A DNA stretch of 64,000 nt from Monocercomonoides exilis PA203 (lineage: Eukaryota > Protista > Preaxostyla), in the NCBI GenBank assembly GCA_001643675.2, contig LSRY02000010.1:682001-746000 (forward strand). The letters run 5' to 3'. The first letter of the stretch is position 1. Each line of letters starts with the position of its first letter. The notes beneath the pieces were generated by a model, which saw only the letters and a list, made by a program, of their open reading frames with translations, ran no database searches and was not told the DNA's origin. The position numbers were made by a program, and so were the translations under genes. Below are positions 47,360 through 59,200 of the stretch, in pieces.

Positions 47360-50300
47360 TCAAACTTTACACTTTTTCCCATTGTTCATCTTTCCATAAA
47401 ACCAATTCCTCCATTCCTTTTTCGTATTCACAGAAAACTCATCAAAGCTCCAAAGAAACTTTCTCTGAGGCGGTGTCTTCAGAACATCTCGTTTGAACAG
47501 CAAACTTCGAAAAGCACGAATTTCTTCTTGCTTTTGCATTTTGATTCTTTTCGTGTATAATGAATATCGATACATAAATTCATTTCTGTATTTGCTATTT
47601 CTACTTTTTTCATGTGCTTCTAAATCTTGGAATTCATCATGATTGTAGCTCCTACAATCGCAATCATAAAATTGAAGCTCTTTTCTTTTGAAATAGCTTT
47701 TGTGTGGCATTTCTTTTCCCAACTGTTCCTTCTCGCCATAACCATGTTCAATAACAGCTTTCCCAGATAATTCATTAAATTCACCATCACTTGAAGAAGA
47801 AGATTCATATTTGTTTATGAAATGACTAATAATCCATGACTGAGAAGGAGAGACAAAGTTTTTGTCAGCATCTGCCAAGATTGGATAAATGAGCACTTCA
47901 ATATTTGGCAGATATTTCACATTTTTCACTTTTCTTTCATTTTCATCAAACTTTTTAAAAGCGAGTTTGGGTAATTCTTCATCGATTTCTTTGTTTTGAA
48001 GATAAAAGTCAAAAGAATCCTGAGGAAATGAATACTTCAATTCATAGAAATCGCGAATGTTGCAATGTTGCATATGACCTTTGATATTTGTCGGATCATC
48101 TACGCTAACTTTGCACTGCTTAAATATGTCATTATTGAATGGTTGAATAGCTCTCATCATCATTTTAGCTTTTTCTTTCAGGTCAGATTTTGCTGTGCAA
48201 GCTCTATTTGCAAACATGCCATTCTCTCCGCTCACATAAAGCAGAGAAGATGGAAGGCCTTCATAGAAAGAAATTGAAGGCTGACTTAATATTTTGTCAT
48301 ATCGCTTGAAACAATATGGCGATTGAGTTTGAAGAACACCTAAAGAGACAAGAGAGGAAGGATTTATTAATGAATACTTATTTGAAGCTGAAATCAGCCG
48401 CTTCGCGTTCGCGTCGGCTTTTATTCCTTCTTCTTTCTTTAATCTCCCCTTTTCTGAAGTTACACTCCATTGCAAAGATGGTAATTGGTCTTGAGAACAG
48501 GCATCTGTCAAAGAATTGTTCGAGTTTCTTTCATCCAATCCAGTTGATAAGGCAAGTTCAATGATATCTCCCTTTTCTTCCAGTAATTGGTCGTTTTCTT
48601 TGCTCCTTTCAGATCTTCTTCTATCATCCTTTTCTTCATTGTAGGCATTGACATCACTCATTTTATAAATGCCCTTCTCCTCAAATTTCGTTTCTGTGCT
48701 TTTTATTATCTTTTCAGCCTTTCTTTGTTCTTTCTCTCTAATTTTCGCTTTCTCTCGAAAGAATCTCTCCAAATCGCTCATTTTCTGTATCGTTGCAAAC
48801 TCCTCTTCTTCTCTTTGTTTGTTTAAAAGCTCTTCCATTTCTTCCTTTGACATCTCCAAAACTTCTCCATTTTCCAATTCCTTCATTTTGCACATCATTT
48901 CTTCTTTCGTCAATTCTGCCTCATTTCGTTCCTGATGTGTTTCGCTCGGCTCGCTGTTCTTCAAAGCCGCCAGCTCGGCTTCTACCCACATCTTGTTCTC
49001 TGTCTGACTGCATTCCCAGTCCTTTCTCAGCCATTTTTTGAATGTTCGAAAGAAATATTCGGCCTCGCGTATCTGCTCCTTCACCACCTTCTTCCTTTTC
49101 TTCAGAAGATTTCGCTGCTTCCTTTCCGCATTCTTTCCTTCATCGTCTTCTTCTTCTTCGATCTTTACTGAATCTTTCTCTTTCTGTTCGTCTTTGGTTT
49201 TGATAATATCATCCCCAAAATCAACATCTACATTCGCCTTCTCGTTCTCTCCTCCTCCCTCCCTGCTCCTTCTTCCTTCCCACTCTCTTTTCCACTTTAT
49301 GTCCTGCCTTTCCCATCGCTTCCGAATCTCCATCTCGACAATCCTGCTGATGATTGATTTCCGCTCTCCGCGCACAATAAAGTCCACGTCAGATACAAAG
49401 CCCCCTTTCTGGATCAGTGATGGCTCCCATGTTTGGAAGTTCGAAATAAGATGGCTGTCAAGAGAATTCGTAGAGGGTGAAGAGGACAAGCACGAAGAAT
49501 GAGGAGAAGACGGTGGAGTCAAATAAGAAGCAACCGTAGTCTGGGATGGATCGTGTTCATCGTCTTGCCTGTGAAATGGCATATTATCTGATGGATCTTT
49601 TGCTGACATGGAAAGATTAGAACAAAGAAAAGAAATATTCGGTAAATTTTTAGACTGACTCTCTTCGAAAGAACATGAATGAATTTTGGCAATTTGAGGC
49701 ATTTCCCAATCCATATTTGTAAATTCCTTCAGTCTATCTCCTCCCATCTCGGAAAATGGCTGTAGTGCGGCCTTTCTCTGGTTGTCAAGAGTGCTATCAT
49801 TTTGTTGTCTATTTGAATCATTGATATTCTCTGATTGTTTAAAACTGTTTGATATTGGTAATTCGAATTGCAAGTTGCGAAGCTCTTTTGTTATTGAAGA
49901 AGACGTTATGCATGATTCGCATGGCATGGATAACTTAAGAGTTGAAGAGCATAACTCAGATGCGTCATGACTTTTTGAGAATTTCTCTTTCTCATTTGCA
50001 ATAAAAATGTCTCGATCATTTTGATGGAATTCTGCTTGCGAAACACGTTTTTTTCTGTGCTCGTCGATTGCCCTTTCCGAAATGAAAAGGATATCTTCTG
50101 TTGAACTTTCAGTTACAACTTCTTTCGCTATTTTCACATCTTCAGTCTGAAAGTTCAAATTTTTATGAAATGTTTGAGATTCAAATTTATTTGTTGTTGG
50201 TTTTAGAAAGAATAATGAAGGATAACTGATTTTGGCCTTTGAGAAAATTGTGGAAGAGTAACAATTTCGATCAGCAACTTCAGCCTTCAATTTTTCACTT

Positions 50301-50608
50301 TTATCTGTAAACATATCCGTGCTACATATCGAAAGAGATTCTTTTAAAAAAAGTGATTCTCCTCTTTCATTGCTACTCTTTTCAAAATAAAATGGGCATG
50401 AAGATACCGCTCCACAATCCTTTTCCAGTAAAGCTTGACTTTTGGATTCGAATTCAATGTTTTTTGTTGGCAGTGTGAATTTCAAGTTTTCATAAAACGA
50501 ATCGTGATTGGTGTTTGAAGGCATGCCTTTATCGGGTGTTTTAAATACAGATGATTGCTTTGTTTTTTTATAATCAAATGGAAAAATTGAATCCAAATGT
50601 TCGTCCAT
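47360..50608 (-). CDS. Hypothetical 1082-aa protein with a central charged coiled-coil region
   Basis: Long uninterrupted ORF in AT-rich DNA with an E/K-rich middle; no recognisable domain. Confidence 0.65.
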   Translation of the reverse strand: MDEHLDSIFPFDYKKTKQSSVFKTPDKGMPSNTNHDSFYENLKFTLPTKNIEFESKSQALLEKDCGAVSSCPFYFEKSSNERGESLFLKESLSICSTDMFTDKSEKLKAEVADRNCYSSTIFSKAKISYPSLFFLKPTTNKFESQTFHKNLNFQTEDVKIAKEVVTESSTEDILFISERAIDEHRKKRVSQAEFHQNDRDIFIANEKEKFSKSHDASELCSSTLKLSMPCESCITSSSITKELRNLQFELPISNSFKQSENINDSNRQQNDSTLDNQRKAALQPFSEMGGDRLKEFTNMDWEMPQIAKIHSCSFEESQSKNLPNISFLCSNLSMSAKDPSDNMPFHRQDDEHDPSQTTVASYLTPPSSPHSSCLSSSPSTNSLDSHLISNFQTWEPSLIQKGGFVSDVDFIVRGERKSIISRIVEMEIRKRWERQDIKWKREWEGRRSREGGGENEKANVDVDFGDDIIKTKDEQKEKDSVKIEEEEDDEGKNAERKQRNLLKKRKKVVKEQIREAEYFFRTFKKWLRKDWECSQTENKMWVEAELAALKNSEPSETHQERNEAELTKEEMMCKMKELENGEVLEMSKEEMEELLNKQREEEEFATIQKMSDLERFFREKAKIREKEQRKAEKIIKSTETKFEEKGIYKMSDVNAYNEEKDDRRRSERSKENDQLLEEKGDIIELALSTGLDERNSNNSLTDACSQDQLPSLQWSVTSEKGRLKKEEGIKADANAKRLISASNKYSLINPSSLVSLGVLQTQSPYCFKRYDKILSQPSISFYEGLPSSLLYVSGENGMFANRACTAKSDLKEKAKMMMRAIQPFNNDIFKQCKVSVDDPTNIKGHMQHCNIRDFYELKYSFPQDSFDFYLQNKEIDEELPKLAFKKFDENERKVKNVKYLPNIEVLIYPILADADKNFVSPSQSWIISHFINKYESSSSSDGEFNELSGKAVIEHGYGEKEQLGKEMPHKSYFKRKELQFYDCDCRSYNHDEFQDLEAHEKSRNSKYRNEFMYRYSLYTKRIKMQKQEEIRAFRSLLFKRDVLKTPPQRKFLWSFDEFSVNTKKEWRNWFYGKMNNGKKCKV

Positions 50609-51036
50609 TTCATTGTGTCCAACCTAAAATATTGAAAAACATTTTCAAAGATTTATCAAATAAAAATAGAAAAATTTTAAAAATCATTATTTCAACAAAT
50701 TAGATTGACTAATTATAAGCGAATACTGTTCTCAACGCTTTTCTTGATTTTTTGATTATTTCTTTGTTGTGAATCATTAAAAGTCCTGTAAAAAGATGTT
50801 AAATATGTATCTATATCTTGCAATCTTTGAAGAAATCCATATAACGTTTAACAATCAAATTTGACTATTTATTAAAAACTCAAAACTCATACCCAACATA
50901 TTACTTTTTGATCTTTGTATATTTAATTTTGACTGAAATTGTGTGAATTGTTCTTTGTTTTGAAATCTGTTATTTTTGTTATTTGAAAAATTCTTTTATA
51001 TTTATTTGTATTCATTTTTCTTTTCAGTTTGCTGTA

Positions 51037-53811
51037 ATGTCTGAAATTCATTTTGCAAAAGATAATCAACAATTTCGAATTGAGAACAAATTGCATGATT
51101 CTCCGGAATCATTGATTCAAAAAGATATTCCTCAACAAAGAAATTTGCGTGTTGTACCTTCATCCCAACTTAATGAACAACAGAGGAATGCTGTGGAATC
51201 AGTGAATTATATATGGGCGGATAATAACGAAAATGAACAAAGTTCTTCGCAGCGTCCAAGCTCAACTCAGCAAAATGTTTCTGTTTGGCAGCAATTGAGA
51301 AGGCTTGAACAGCAACAATCAACTTCAGCACTGCAATCAACTGGACAGCAAGTTCCTATTCAAAATCGTTTTATGAATGCATTTAGATTTGGACAAATAA
51401 ACAAAGCAAAATCCACTTCCTTAACTCCTCAAACTGCTCAAACTTCAAACAAAACTTTGTCTGTTGGAGCACAGCAGCAAACTGATCATTTACAGAACTT
51501 TGAAAAGGCATGTTTGCATCAGGATTCAGAAACTACACCTTCAACCACTTCATCTTCTAATGAAACGACATCTTCGTTTTTTAAACCAATTTATGGTTCA
51601 CAAGCATTTGGATCTTCTTCTTCTTCTGTACAATTTGTGCCATCATCACAATCTAATTCAATAAAGCCTGATTGTGGATTTTCAAGCCAAATGGAAAATT
51701 CATCAAACCCTTTTGCTGCGTTATCCTCATCGAATTGTTCATTTACTCCGTCACCTTCATCAAGTAATCCTTTTGCTCCACCTTCCTCATCAAGCAATTG
51801 TTTTGCTCCGCAGCCTTCATCATGCAACCCATTTTCAGCACAGCCACAATCATCAAGTAATCCTTTTGCTCAACCGCCCTCATCAAACTGTTGTTTTGCT
51901 CCGCAGACTTCATCAAGCAACCCATTTTCAGCACAACCCTTGACAGGCAACCCATTTTCGATACAAGCGCCACTGGAATTGCATAATGAAATGCCACATG
52001 AAATTTATAATCCTTTTATACAAGCAGAAGCGCAATTGCCTCTTCGTAGTGTGCCAAACTCTCTAATTCAGCAAGCAGCCATCCCTTCTGCTTCTACTGC
52101 ACAATCAAGTATACCTGGAAGGCAAAGCTACTTAGAGATGAATAGGCATCAGTGGAATATTCAAAGAGAGAAAAAGACTGTTCTTCGCAGAGCCGGAGCG
52201 AAAGAGTTGGAAGTTGCTCCAACTGTCCAGCGGGAAACATCTGCATTCTACTCATCTATGCAACCGTATTTGAGACCAGCAGCTAATGTGGAAAAGAGAT
52301 CATATTCGAGCATGGGTGTAAATCCTTTCTCGGTGTGTTTTTCGGGAAAAATTTCCCAAAGAGAATCCGGAATCTTTAACGAGGAAGAGAAAGCATTTGA
52401 AGAGTTGGAGGGTGATAATTTAGAAGATATAGAAGGAGAATATGATGGAATGGACTTATTTGGAGACGGCGCTGCGTTACCACAGAAGAATTTTGCCCCC
52501 GTTCCTGTTGAGCTCATTCCTGGAAGACCTTACCCAAAAAGCTTTATTGAGAAAGTGGATGAGAAGCAATCAATTCTAACCGCACCTCCAGAGAAAAAAT
52601 TTGAAGATTCTTTTGCAAAGCGCGAAGAGGCCTTTCGGCAGCAATTGGCGCAGCACGTGCTCAACAAGCGAAACGCGCGCAATAATCCATTTGCCTGGCA
52701 CGATCAAGATGTGCAGATGCTGACGATACATCCGAAGAGAGGGCACTACTTTGTGCAGTCTTCGCTGGACTCGTTCATGAAGAGCGATCCAAATGAGTAT
52801 TACAAGGACATTCATGTGGTGTTTGAGAACGAGAAAGGAGTTGATGTGGGCGGTGTGAGAAGAGAGTGGTTTTCGCTGATCATTCCTGCCATAACCAATC
52901 CTGACTACGGGCTGTTTGCTACAGACGTCACCAACAGCAATCGCATGAGCATCTCCCATTTGGCATCAGACGCCCAGGACGATCCAGCATATCTGTTCCG
53001 CTTTGTGGGGTATCTGATGGCAAAGGCGTTGATTGAGCAGATCACCATCCCTGCTTATTTCACGCGCTTTGTGTTCAAGACTTTGCTTGATGAGCTGCCG
53101 CACATTTCCGACGTGGCTGGCGTTGATCCTGAACTCACATTGCAGATGGCACAGATGGAGCAGGAGGACGTGAGTGAGTACGGAATCCCGTTCTCGTTGA
53201 ATGTGGAGGTGTTTGGAGATGTCCGAGAGGTGGAACTTGTTGCTGGGGGAGCAGAAATCGAAGTGACAAATGAAAACAAGGAGGACTTCATTGCTTTGTG
53301 CGCTCATCATCGTTTGCTCGGAAACACTGCCAAACATCTGAAAGCCTTAAAGGATGCGTTTCACCAAGTCATTCCTTTGAATTTGCTGAAGGATAAGTTC
53401 ACACCTGAAGAGCTGGAGCTGATGATCTGTGGTTCTCCAGTCATCGACGTCAATGACTGGATGGAGCATACGATGTATACAGGAGGATTTACGAAAGAAT
53501 CACAAACAGTAAAGTGGTTTTGGGAGTGCATACAAAATATGAAGGAAGTTGGCAGGCAGTTGGTTCTGTTCTTCGCAACTGGGTCGCGAACAGCTCCAGT
53601 GCAAGGTTTTAACTCGCTGATTGGATCGAGCTGGAATCAGAAGAAGCTGTTTGAGATTAGAAAGAGCGAGACTTCTACAAGCGATTTTCTTCCGGTTGCT
53701 CACACCTGCTTCAATCAGATAGATATGCCTGAGTATGACTCAAAGGAACAGTTGAAAGAGAAATTGCTTCTGGCTTTATCATCTGTGAATGAAGGATTTA
53801 CAATGGGATAG
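51037..53811 (+). CDS. HECT E3 ubiquitin ligase (NEDD4/HUWE1-like HECT domain) with N-terminal NPF repeats
   Basis: HECT motifs VVFENEKGVDVGGVRREWF, FRFVGYLMAKAL, IEVTNENKEDFI, FTPEELELMICG, LFFATGS and catalytic PVAHTCFNQIDMPEY. The first in-frame ATG is at 51037; the track start at 50983 is a TTG. Confidence 0.9.
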   Translation: MSEIHFAKDNQQFRIENKLHDSPESLIQKDIPQQRNLRVVPSSQLNEQQRNAVESVNYIWADNNENEQSSSQRPSSTQQNVSVWQQLRRLEQQQSTSALQSTGQQVPIQNRFMNAFRFGQINKAKSTSLTPQTAQTSNKTLSVGAQQQTDHLQNFEKACLHQDSETTPSTTSSSNETTSSFFKPIYGSQAFGSSSSSVQFVPSSQSNSIKPDCGFSSQMENSSNPFAALSSSNCSFTPSPSSSNPFAPPSSSSNCFAPQPSSCNPFSAQPQSSSNPFAQPPSSNCCFAPQTSSSNPFSAQPLTGNPFSIQAPLELHNEMPHEIYNPFIQAEAQLPLRSVPNSLIQQAAIPSASTAQSSIPGRQSYLEMNRHQWNIQREKKTVLRRAGAKELEVAPTVQRETSAFYSSMQPYLRPAANVEKRSYSSMGVNPFSVCFSGKISQRESGIFNEEEKAFEELEGDNLEDIEGEYDGMDLFGDGAALPQKNFAPVPVELIPGRPYPKSFIEKVDEKQSILTAPPEKKFEDSFAKREEAFRQQLAQHVLNKRNARNNPFAWHDQDVQMLTIHPKRGHYFVQSSLDSFMKSDPNEYYKDIHVVFENEKGVDVGGVRREWFSLIIPAITNPDYGLFATDVTNSNRMSISHLASDAQDDPAYLFRFVGYLMAKALIEQITIPAYFTRFVFKTLLDELPHISDVAGVDPELTLQMAQMEQEDVSEYGIPFSLNVEVFGDVREVELVAGGAEIEVTNENKEDFIALCAHHRLLGNTAKHLKALKDAFHQVIPLNLLKDKFTPEELELMICGSPVIDVNDWMEHTMYTGGFTKESQTVKWFWECIQNMKEVGRQLVLFFATGSRTAPVQGFNSLIGSSWNQKKLFEIRKSETSTSDFLPVAHTCFNQIDMPEYDSKEQLKEKLLLALSSVNEGFTMG
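51695..51960 (+). repeat. Degenerate ~30-33 bp coding tandem repeat (SSSNPFAxxP units)
   Basis: Recurring tcatcaag(t/c)aa(t/c)cc(t/a)ttt units, about 9 copies including variants. Confidence 0.8.
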
Positions 53812-54242
53812 GTGAAGTTTTGAATTATTATCTTGTGCTTTTTAATTTTATTTTATCTTGCTAGTTTTTTGAATTTTTTTTGTTCATTTTTGTTTTATTT
53901 TCATCATTTCAAAATTTGACATTGTGATATTAATGTATTTTACAAATAAAATAAAAGAAAGAAAAAGAAAAGAAAAAAATCTTGAAAAAATGCTGCTTTT
54001 TCGATTTAATTCATTATTAATTTATTATTGAAATGGCAATCAGTAAAATTTTCCAATAGAGAAAAAAGAAATAATTTTTAAAAATTTTTTGTGTAAAAAC
54101 GCACAAAGAATCTTTGATGAAAAGTGAATTGATATTGAAAGAAAAAGGAAAAGTTATCATGATTGCAAAGATTTGTGAATAAAAAGTGAATGCAACAAGA
54201 TTGAAATAAAGAATGTGATTTTTCCCATAATAATAAAGTGTG

Positions 54243-55877
54243 ATGGAGTCAACAATTGAATCTACTTCATCAACAGAACCTTCAGCTTCATCTCTTGAAT
54301 TTGATGGTTATATAAGATGATATTTTATAATTTGAATTCTAAAGTTTCTTTTTTTCAATTGTTTTTGTTAGTTGTGAAGGAATATGAAATTGCACTTCAA
54401 AAAGAAACTTCTGCTGTTGCAACGAAGATTGCTCTTGCAAAGCTTGTCAGTCAAAGCAAAGGTGAAATATATTAATTGGTTGTTAATTTGATTTGATTTA
54501 TTTTTCCTTTATTTGTGAAGAGACAACACTCCAAGGTCTTCGAAGAGAGTTGAAAGAGGCTTCAGACAGACTTGCAAATGAAATACGCGATATACCTATA
54601 AAATCCGTTTGCGACTTGTTTATGATTGAGCTTGCCCGAGAAATGAAAACAGGAGAAGTTTGAAAGTTTTTATAAAAGTGAATTATAAATTTTCTATGAA
54701 AAATTGCAGGATTTTGAAACAACAAAAGCCAGGTTGGTTGAAAAGGGAAAGCAAAATGAAAAAATCACGGAAATTGCAAGACATAAGATTGCACTTGAGG
54801 CAGAACGATTCTTTTTTGAAGGACTTGTTTGCTTTTTATTTTTCAAAGATAAAAAAAAATTTTATTCATTCCTTTTAAAAGAGAGTGACAACACTTTCAT
54901 ATTCTCGAGTTGTTTTGCAGTGTTTAGTTGAGGCAAGCAAGAAATGGAAGATTCACGTTGATGTTCTTCAGGGAGGTCCGGACGAGCCTGGGTAAGTGTT
55001 GAATTGAAATTTTATCCATTTAAATTAACAAATTTCTTAATTATTATTCCTTGCTGTTTTTATTGCATATTTTATTTGTTTCTTTTTATCTGTTACCAAA
55101 TTTTTGATTTGCACAAAATTATTACTCTTTCTCATGAATCGCAACGCAATAGGAAAAAGATGGTTAATGATTTGATGGAGCAAAAAATAGAATGCCGCTA
55201 TGTTCCTGATTGTTGCGTAAGTTCTGTTGTCGCTGCAACAGATATTGTTCTTGTTGGAGCTGCTGCTGTTACAGAAAATGGAGGAATTATAAATAAGGTT
55301 TGTATTTTTTCATTCGGCATTTGACTTTTTAATTTTTTGTTGTTATTATGTTTGTCGCTTCAATTTATTTCTAAATTTATTGCATTGTTCTTTTGTGTTT
55401 GTATTTATTCGAAAACAAACAAATTGTTTCATGTAGATGGGTACGAGGACATTGGCTTGTGTGGCAAAGGAGCACAACAAGGATTTCTTTGTGGCAGTCG
55501 AGAGTTACAAGTTCACAAAGTTGTATCCGCTATCTCAACATCATCTTGAGACGCTTGTTCCCATCAGAGGGATTGGCGTTGAACCAGAAGGTCTTCCTAA
55601 AGGGGCTCGTGTATGTTTATTTGCATAGTTTTTTATTTTTTCACAATTTTTCGTGTATAATTTTTTGTTATTGGTTATTTGGATTCATCGTGATTTGATA
55701 TTCATAATTTCGTTCATATTCTAATCTTTTATGGAATTTTTTTTAATTGAAAATCAGACTTATTCTCCAGAATTGGAATACACACCACCCAGCTACATCA
55801 GGAATTTGTGGACTGACATTGGAATCAAAACACCAAGTAACATTTCTGAAGATCTCTTCCTCCTTTTCAATTTATAA
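54243..55877 (+). CDS. EIF2B1: Translation initiation factor eIF2B alpha subunit (GCN3); exons 54243-54306, 54372-54461, 54521-54657, 54710-54826, 54882-54991, 55153-55297, 55437-55610, 55758-55877
   Basis: Seven GT-AG introns give one frame: ..ETTLQGL..SVCDLF..TLSYSRVVLQCL..VLVGAAAVTENGGIINKMGT..FFVAVESYKFTKLYPLSQ..LEYTPPSYIRNLWTDIGIKTPSNISEDL, ending at TAA. Confidence 0.9.
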
Positions 55878-56248
55878 ACCATTTCCGCATTAACTTCATT
55901 TCCTTATTCACTTCAAAATTTTTACGTGAATAGACAAAAGAGTAATTATTATTATTCTTTTATTTGTGCAGAGATAATATCATTCTATTTTCAAAATGTG
56001 CGTGCTGTTATTCAGGAAGAAACAAATGAAATGAAAAAGAGCAAAAGCATTAAGTATAAAAAGAACAGTTAGTTAGTGTTGATAATGGCTTTTCATGGTT
56101 GATTTTTTGAGTTGAAATTATGAAACAAATGAATTGATGTATTGGATGACTCATCAAATATTAATTCAAAAATAATTCTGCTCAACTCTTCCAATCAGAT
56201 ACTAAACAATCTTCAAATTGCAAGATTAGAAAAATTCCACTTTTCTGC

Positions 56249-59200
56249 CTACACAATTGAGAGAATCATCTCACTCACATCTTCTGCAATGTTCGTCGCA
56301 TAGTTGACTTCTGTGCTTTCATCCTCAACCATCTTCGATTCCCTCAAATCCTCAACTTTTCTTGCCCATGCTTTCACACCCTCAGCAATATTGTTGCGAT
56401 ACTCAAGCCATTCTGCTTTGAAGTGTGCAGCAATTGTGGTGAGCATCAATTTCACATGTTTTGAGGCTCTTTCGAATTCCTGTGGCAATGGACGTGTAGG
56501 TAATGCAGATGCTTGCTTACCCTCATTTTCAGTTTGATGCATTGACAATTCTTTGTAATGCGCCTCTTTTTCTGCCAATATCTGCATAATTCTGCACCCT
56601 CCTTGCAGTAATAGAAGCATGTCATATGCGAACATCTTCTTCTCTCTAAGTTGCACTCGTTGGATTGATTCAACAAGTGTCTTTTTTTTGCCTTTGGCAG
56701 AAAGTGCGCCTTTTGTGCTATCATCGTCATCTCCTGCTTCTTTGTTGCCCCCCTCTGTTTGTTCTTCTTTTGCCAATTCAGCCATGGCATTTGAGAGATC
56801 GTTGCGAATACGACTCAAAAGATGGCTATGTGATTCAAATGTTGTCAGGATAACGTTCAGCACAAATGATGACTGAATGCCAACTGGCAGCTCTGAATCT
56901 GTTGTTGAACATAGCACAGAAGACAAATCTGCAGATGAGGATGAATGAATTGACGGTTTACTGGAAGAGGAAGTGGAAGAAAATGAAGAATCGTTTGTGG
57001 TGGAATCAGTTTCTGTTTCTTCCACTGCTCGTTTCTTCATTGTCGGGTTTGATAGCTGCAAAAGACTTGCCTCAAAATTGGAGTTAACAACTCCATCTTC
57101 GATTTGCTGCATGTAAGCGCTTTCTTCTTCTTTTTCCCATCTGCTCATCCAACGAGATGCAGAGGAATTTGCGCCTGCTGTTTTTTTCCCACTTTTCTCT
57201 TCTTCACTTTCCATTTTAGATTTCTCGTCTTTGCTCGAATTGTTCTGTCTTGCCAATTTTCGATTTATCATTGTGGCCCATCTGACAATTGCAGTCACTG
57301 GAACCAGTTTCATCAGCAACATTCCGCGAATGATGTGCAGCTCCATCTGCGTGTCACCCTTCCAGCATTCTTCCACTGTGCGTAAAGCTATCAGCGACGG
57401 TGTGAAGTAAGAAGGTTGGCACATTGGTGCTTCATCAGCAGAAGAAGAGTCGATTGCAAGATTAGTCACAAACTCTGTTTCCTGGCTATCGCTTTCATTC
57501 GAGCAAACGTGCTTGTCATCTCCAAGCAGAACAAACAGTGACGAGCGGTGTGGCTCCAAAATCCGGGAGAAGTGCGAATACGATTTCGAGCCAGCAGACA
57601 GAAGAGATGCCATCACTAAAGCCACACACACTGCTGTTGGTGGGCGTGACAATGTTGGAAGTGCAGGAGGGCGAGATGATGGTTGATCCTGCTGTGATGC
57701 AGAAGATGAACTTGATGGCACAATGACTTGGTCAGAATCAAGCAAATGAAGATCAATCAACCGCGAAAAGAGAGGAGGAATACTCGATGTTGGCTGCGAA
57801 AGAACAGGATTGGAAAAGAAGGACAAAAGATCTGTGTACGCCAAGTGAAGCGATGAAAACGTTGGGAATGAAGGAAGAGTGCAAAAGAATCCGAAATACA
57901 ATGAAGGCGATAAGTCTTCAAGATTATCGCATTTACCAGTAATTGGTGTATTCTCTGCTTTTGCTTCCATCAATTTGTCACTTGCATTTTCATCTTTCTT
58001 TTCTCTGCCATCATCATAATTGTCATGTTGCAATGCATTTTCATTCGATCCTTTTTCGTTGTTATCTTCATCCTCTTGTTCTTCTTCTTCTTTTCTTTTC
58101 TCGATTTCTCTCTTTTTATCGTCTCGTGCGAGTTCTCTTTTGTAATCAGCGGCTTTCTGTACCCTTTCTGTGATCCATTCAAATCCTTTCTGTTCAGGAA
58201 GCAGCGCTACAAGTGGCTCAGGAATAGCACCAGCCACTCCGTCTCTGTAATGCAGCCTCACACATCGCTCGAGCAGAGCAGCCACAAACATCCTTCGCGT
58301 ATTTGAAGCAGGAAGTCGGGGGATGTCCTGCCACATGTTCCACACAAACTTCCACTGCACGTTCGACAGATGGTGCGCAGCCCACGATACAATAGCATCT
58401 TTTGCAGCAGGGTCCATCCATCCAGCAGAGCAGCAGCAACTAAAAACAAATTGCGCAACAAGGGAGTGTATTGCCTTCTCTTCTTTTGCCCATTCGATAA
58501 GCACGCCTTCTACAAACAGTTCAGATGGTAGTGGAGAGAGAGGATTCCTCGCTGCTGTGGGGAGAGATGAAGCCGAAGATGAATACGAGGCAGGAGAAGG
58601 GAGATATACGCATCCAGCTGAAAAGACTGTTGATAGAACAGCGTCAAACATAATTGGAATAATCTGCTGCTTTTTAAGTTGGCTGATGTGTGCCCTGAAT
58701 GGCATTGAGTGTAAATATTCGTTGGCTTCGGAGTCTACTTCGTGTTCAGCACCTTCGGATTTTTCGCTCGTTGGATTTTCACTCGCTGTACTTCCTGAAT
58801 CGATGCTGTCAGCTACCAAGCGGGCAATCGCAATCAATCGCTTGGCACACTCAGACGGCGACTCTGTGAAGGAGCAAACGACAGATGTGCAAATATTACG
58901 GAGGTGAAGAGCTGCTTCGCTTGGTAGTTCAAACGGAAGCATTTGTTGATGTTTCTCTTCTGTATCAATTTCAGATAGAGAAATATCTTTGCATTTCATT
59001 GCAGAATCAAACTGGCTAATATTGAACAATGGGGAAACCACCCGAAAGACTGGACACAACGATTGTGATGTAACCGTCTTCAAGCAAGAACCTATCTCTT
59101 CTGCCAAAGATTCAGAAAGGAAACTCACTTTGTTGTCTTCTTCTTTTTCAGATTCCTGTTGTGATGGATGTGATTCGATCCATTGTGCATGTTTTTCTCT

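Noticed and set aside
50983-51036. ORF-track N-terminal extension of the HECT gene
   Set aside because: It starts at TTG in a T-rich tract ending ttttcag, which looks like intron or UTR sequence. ATG 51037 is preferred.
51695-51960. CRISPR-like array
   Set aside because: These are degenerate in-frame coding repeats without unique spacers, in a eukaryotic context with no cas genes.
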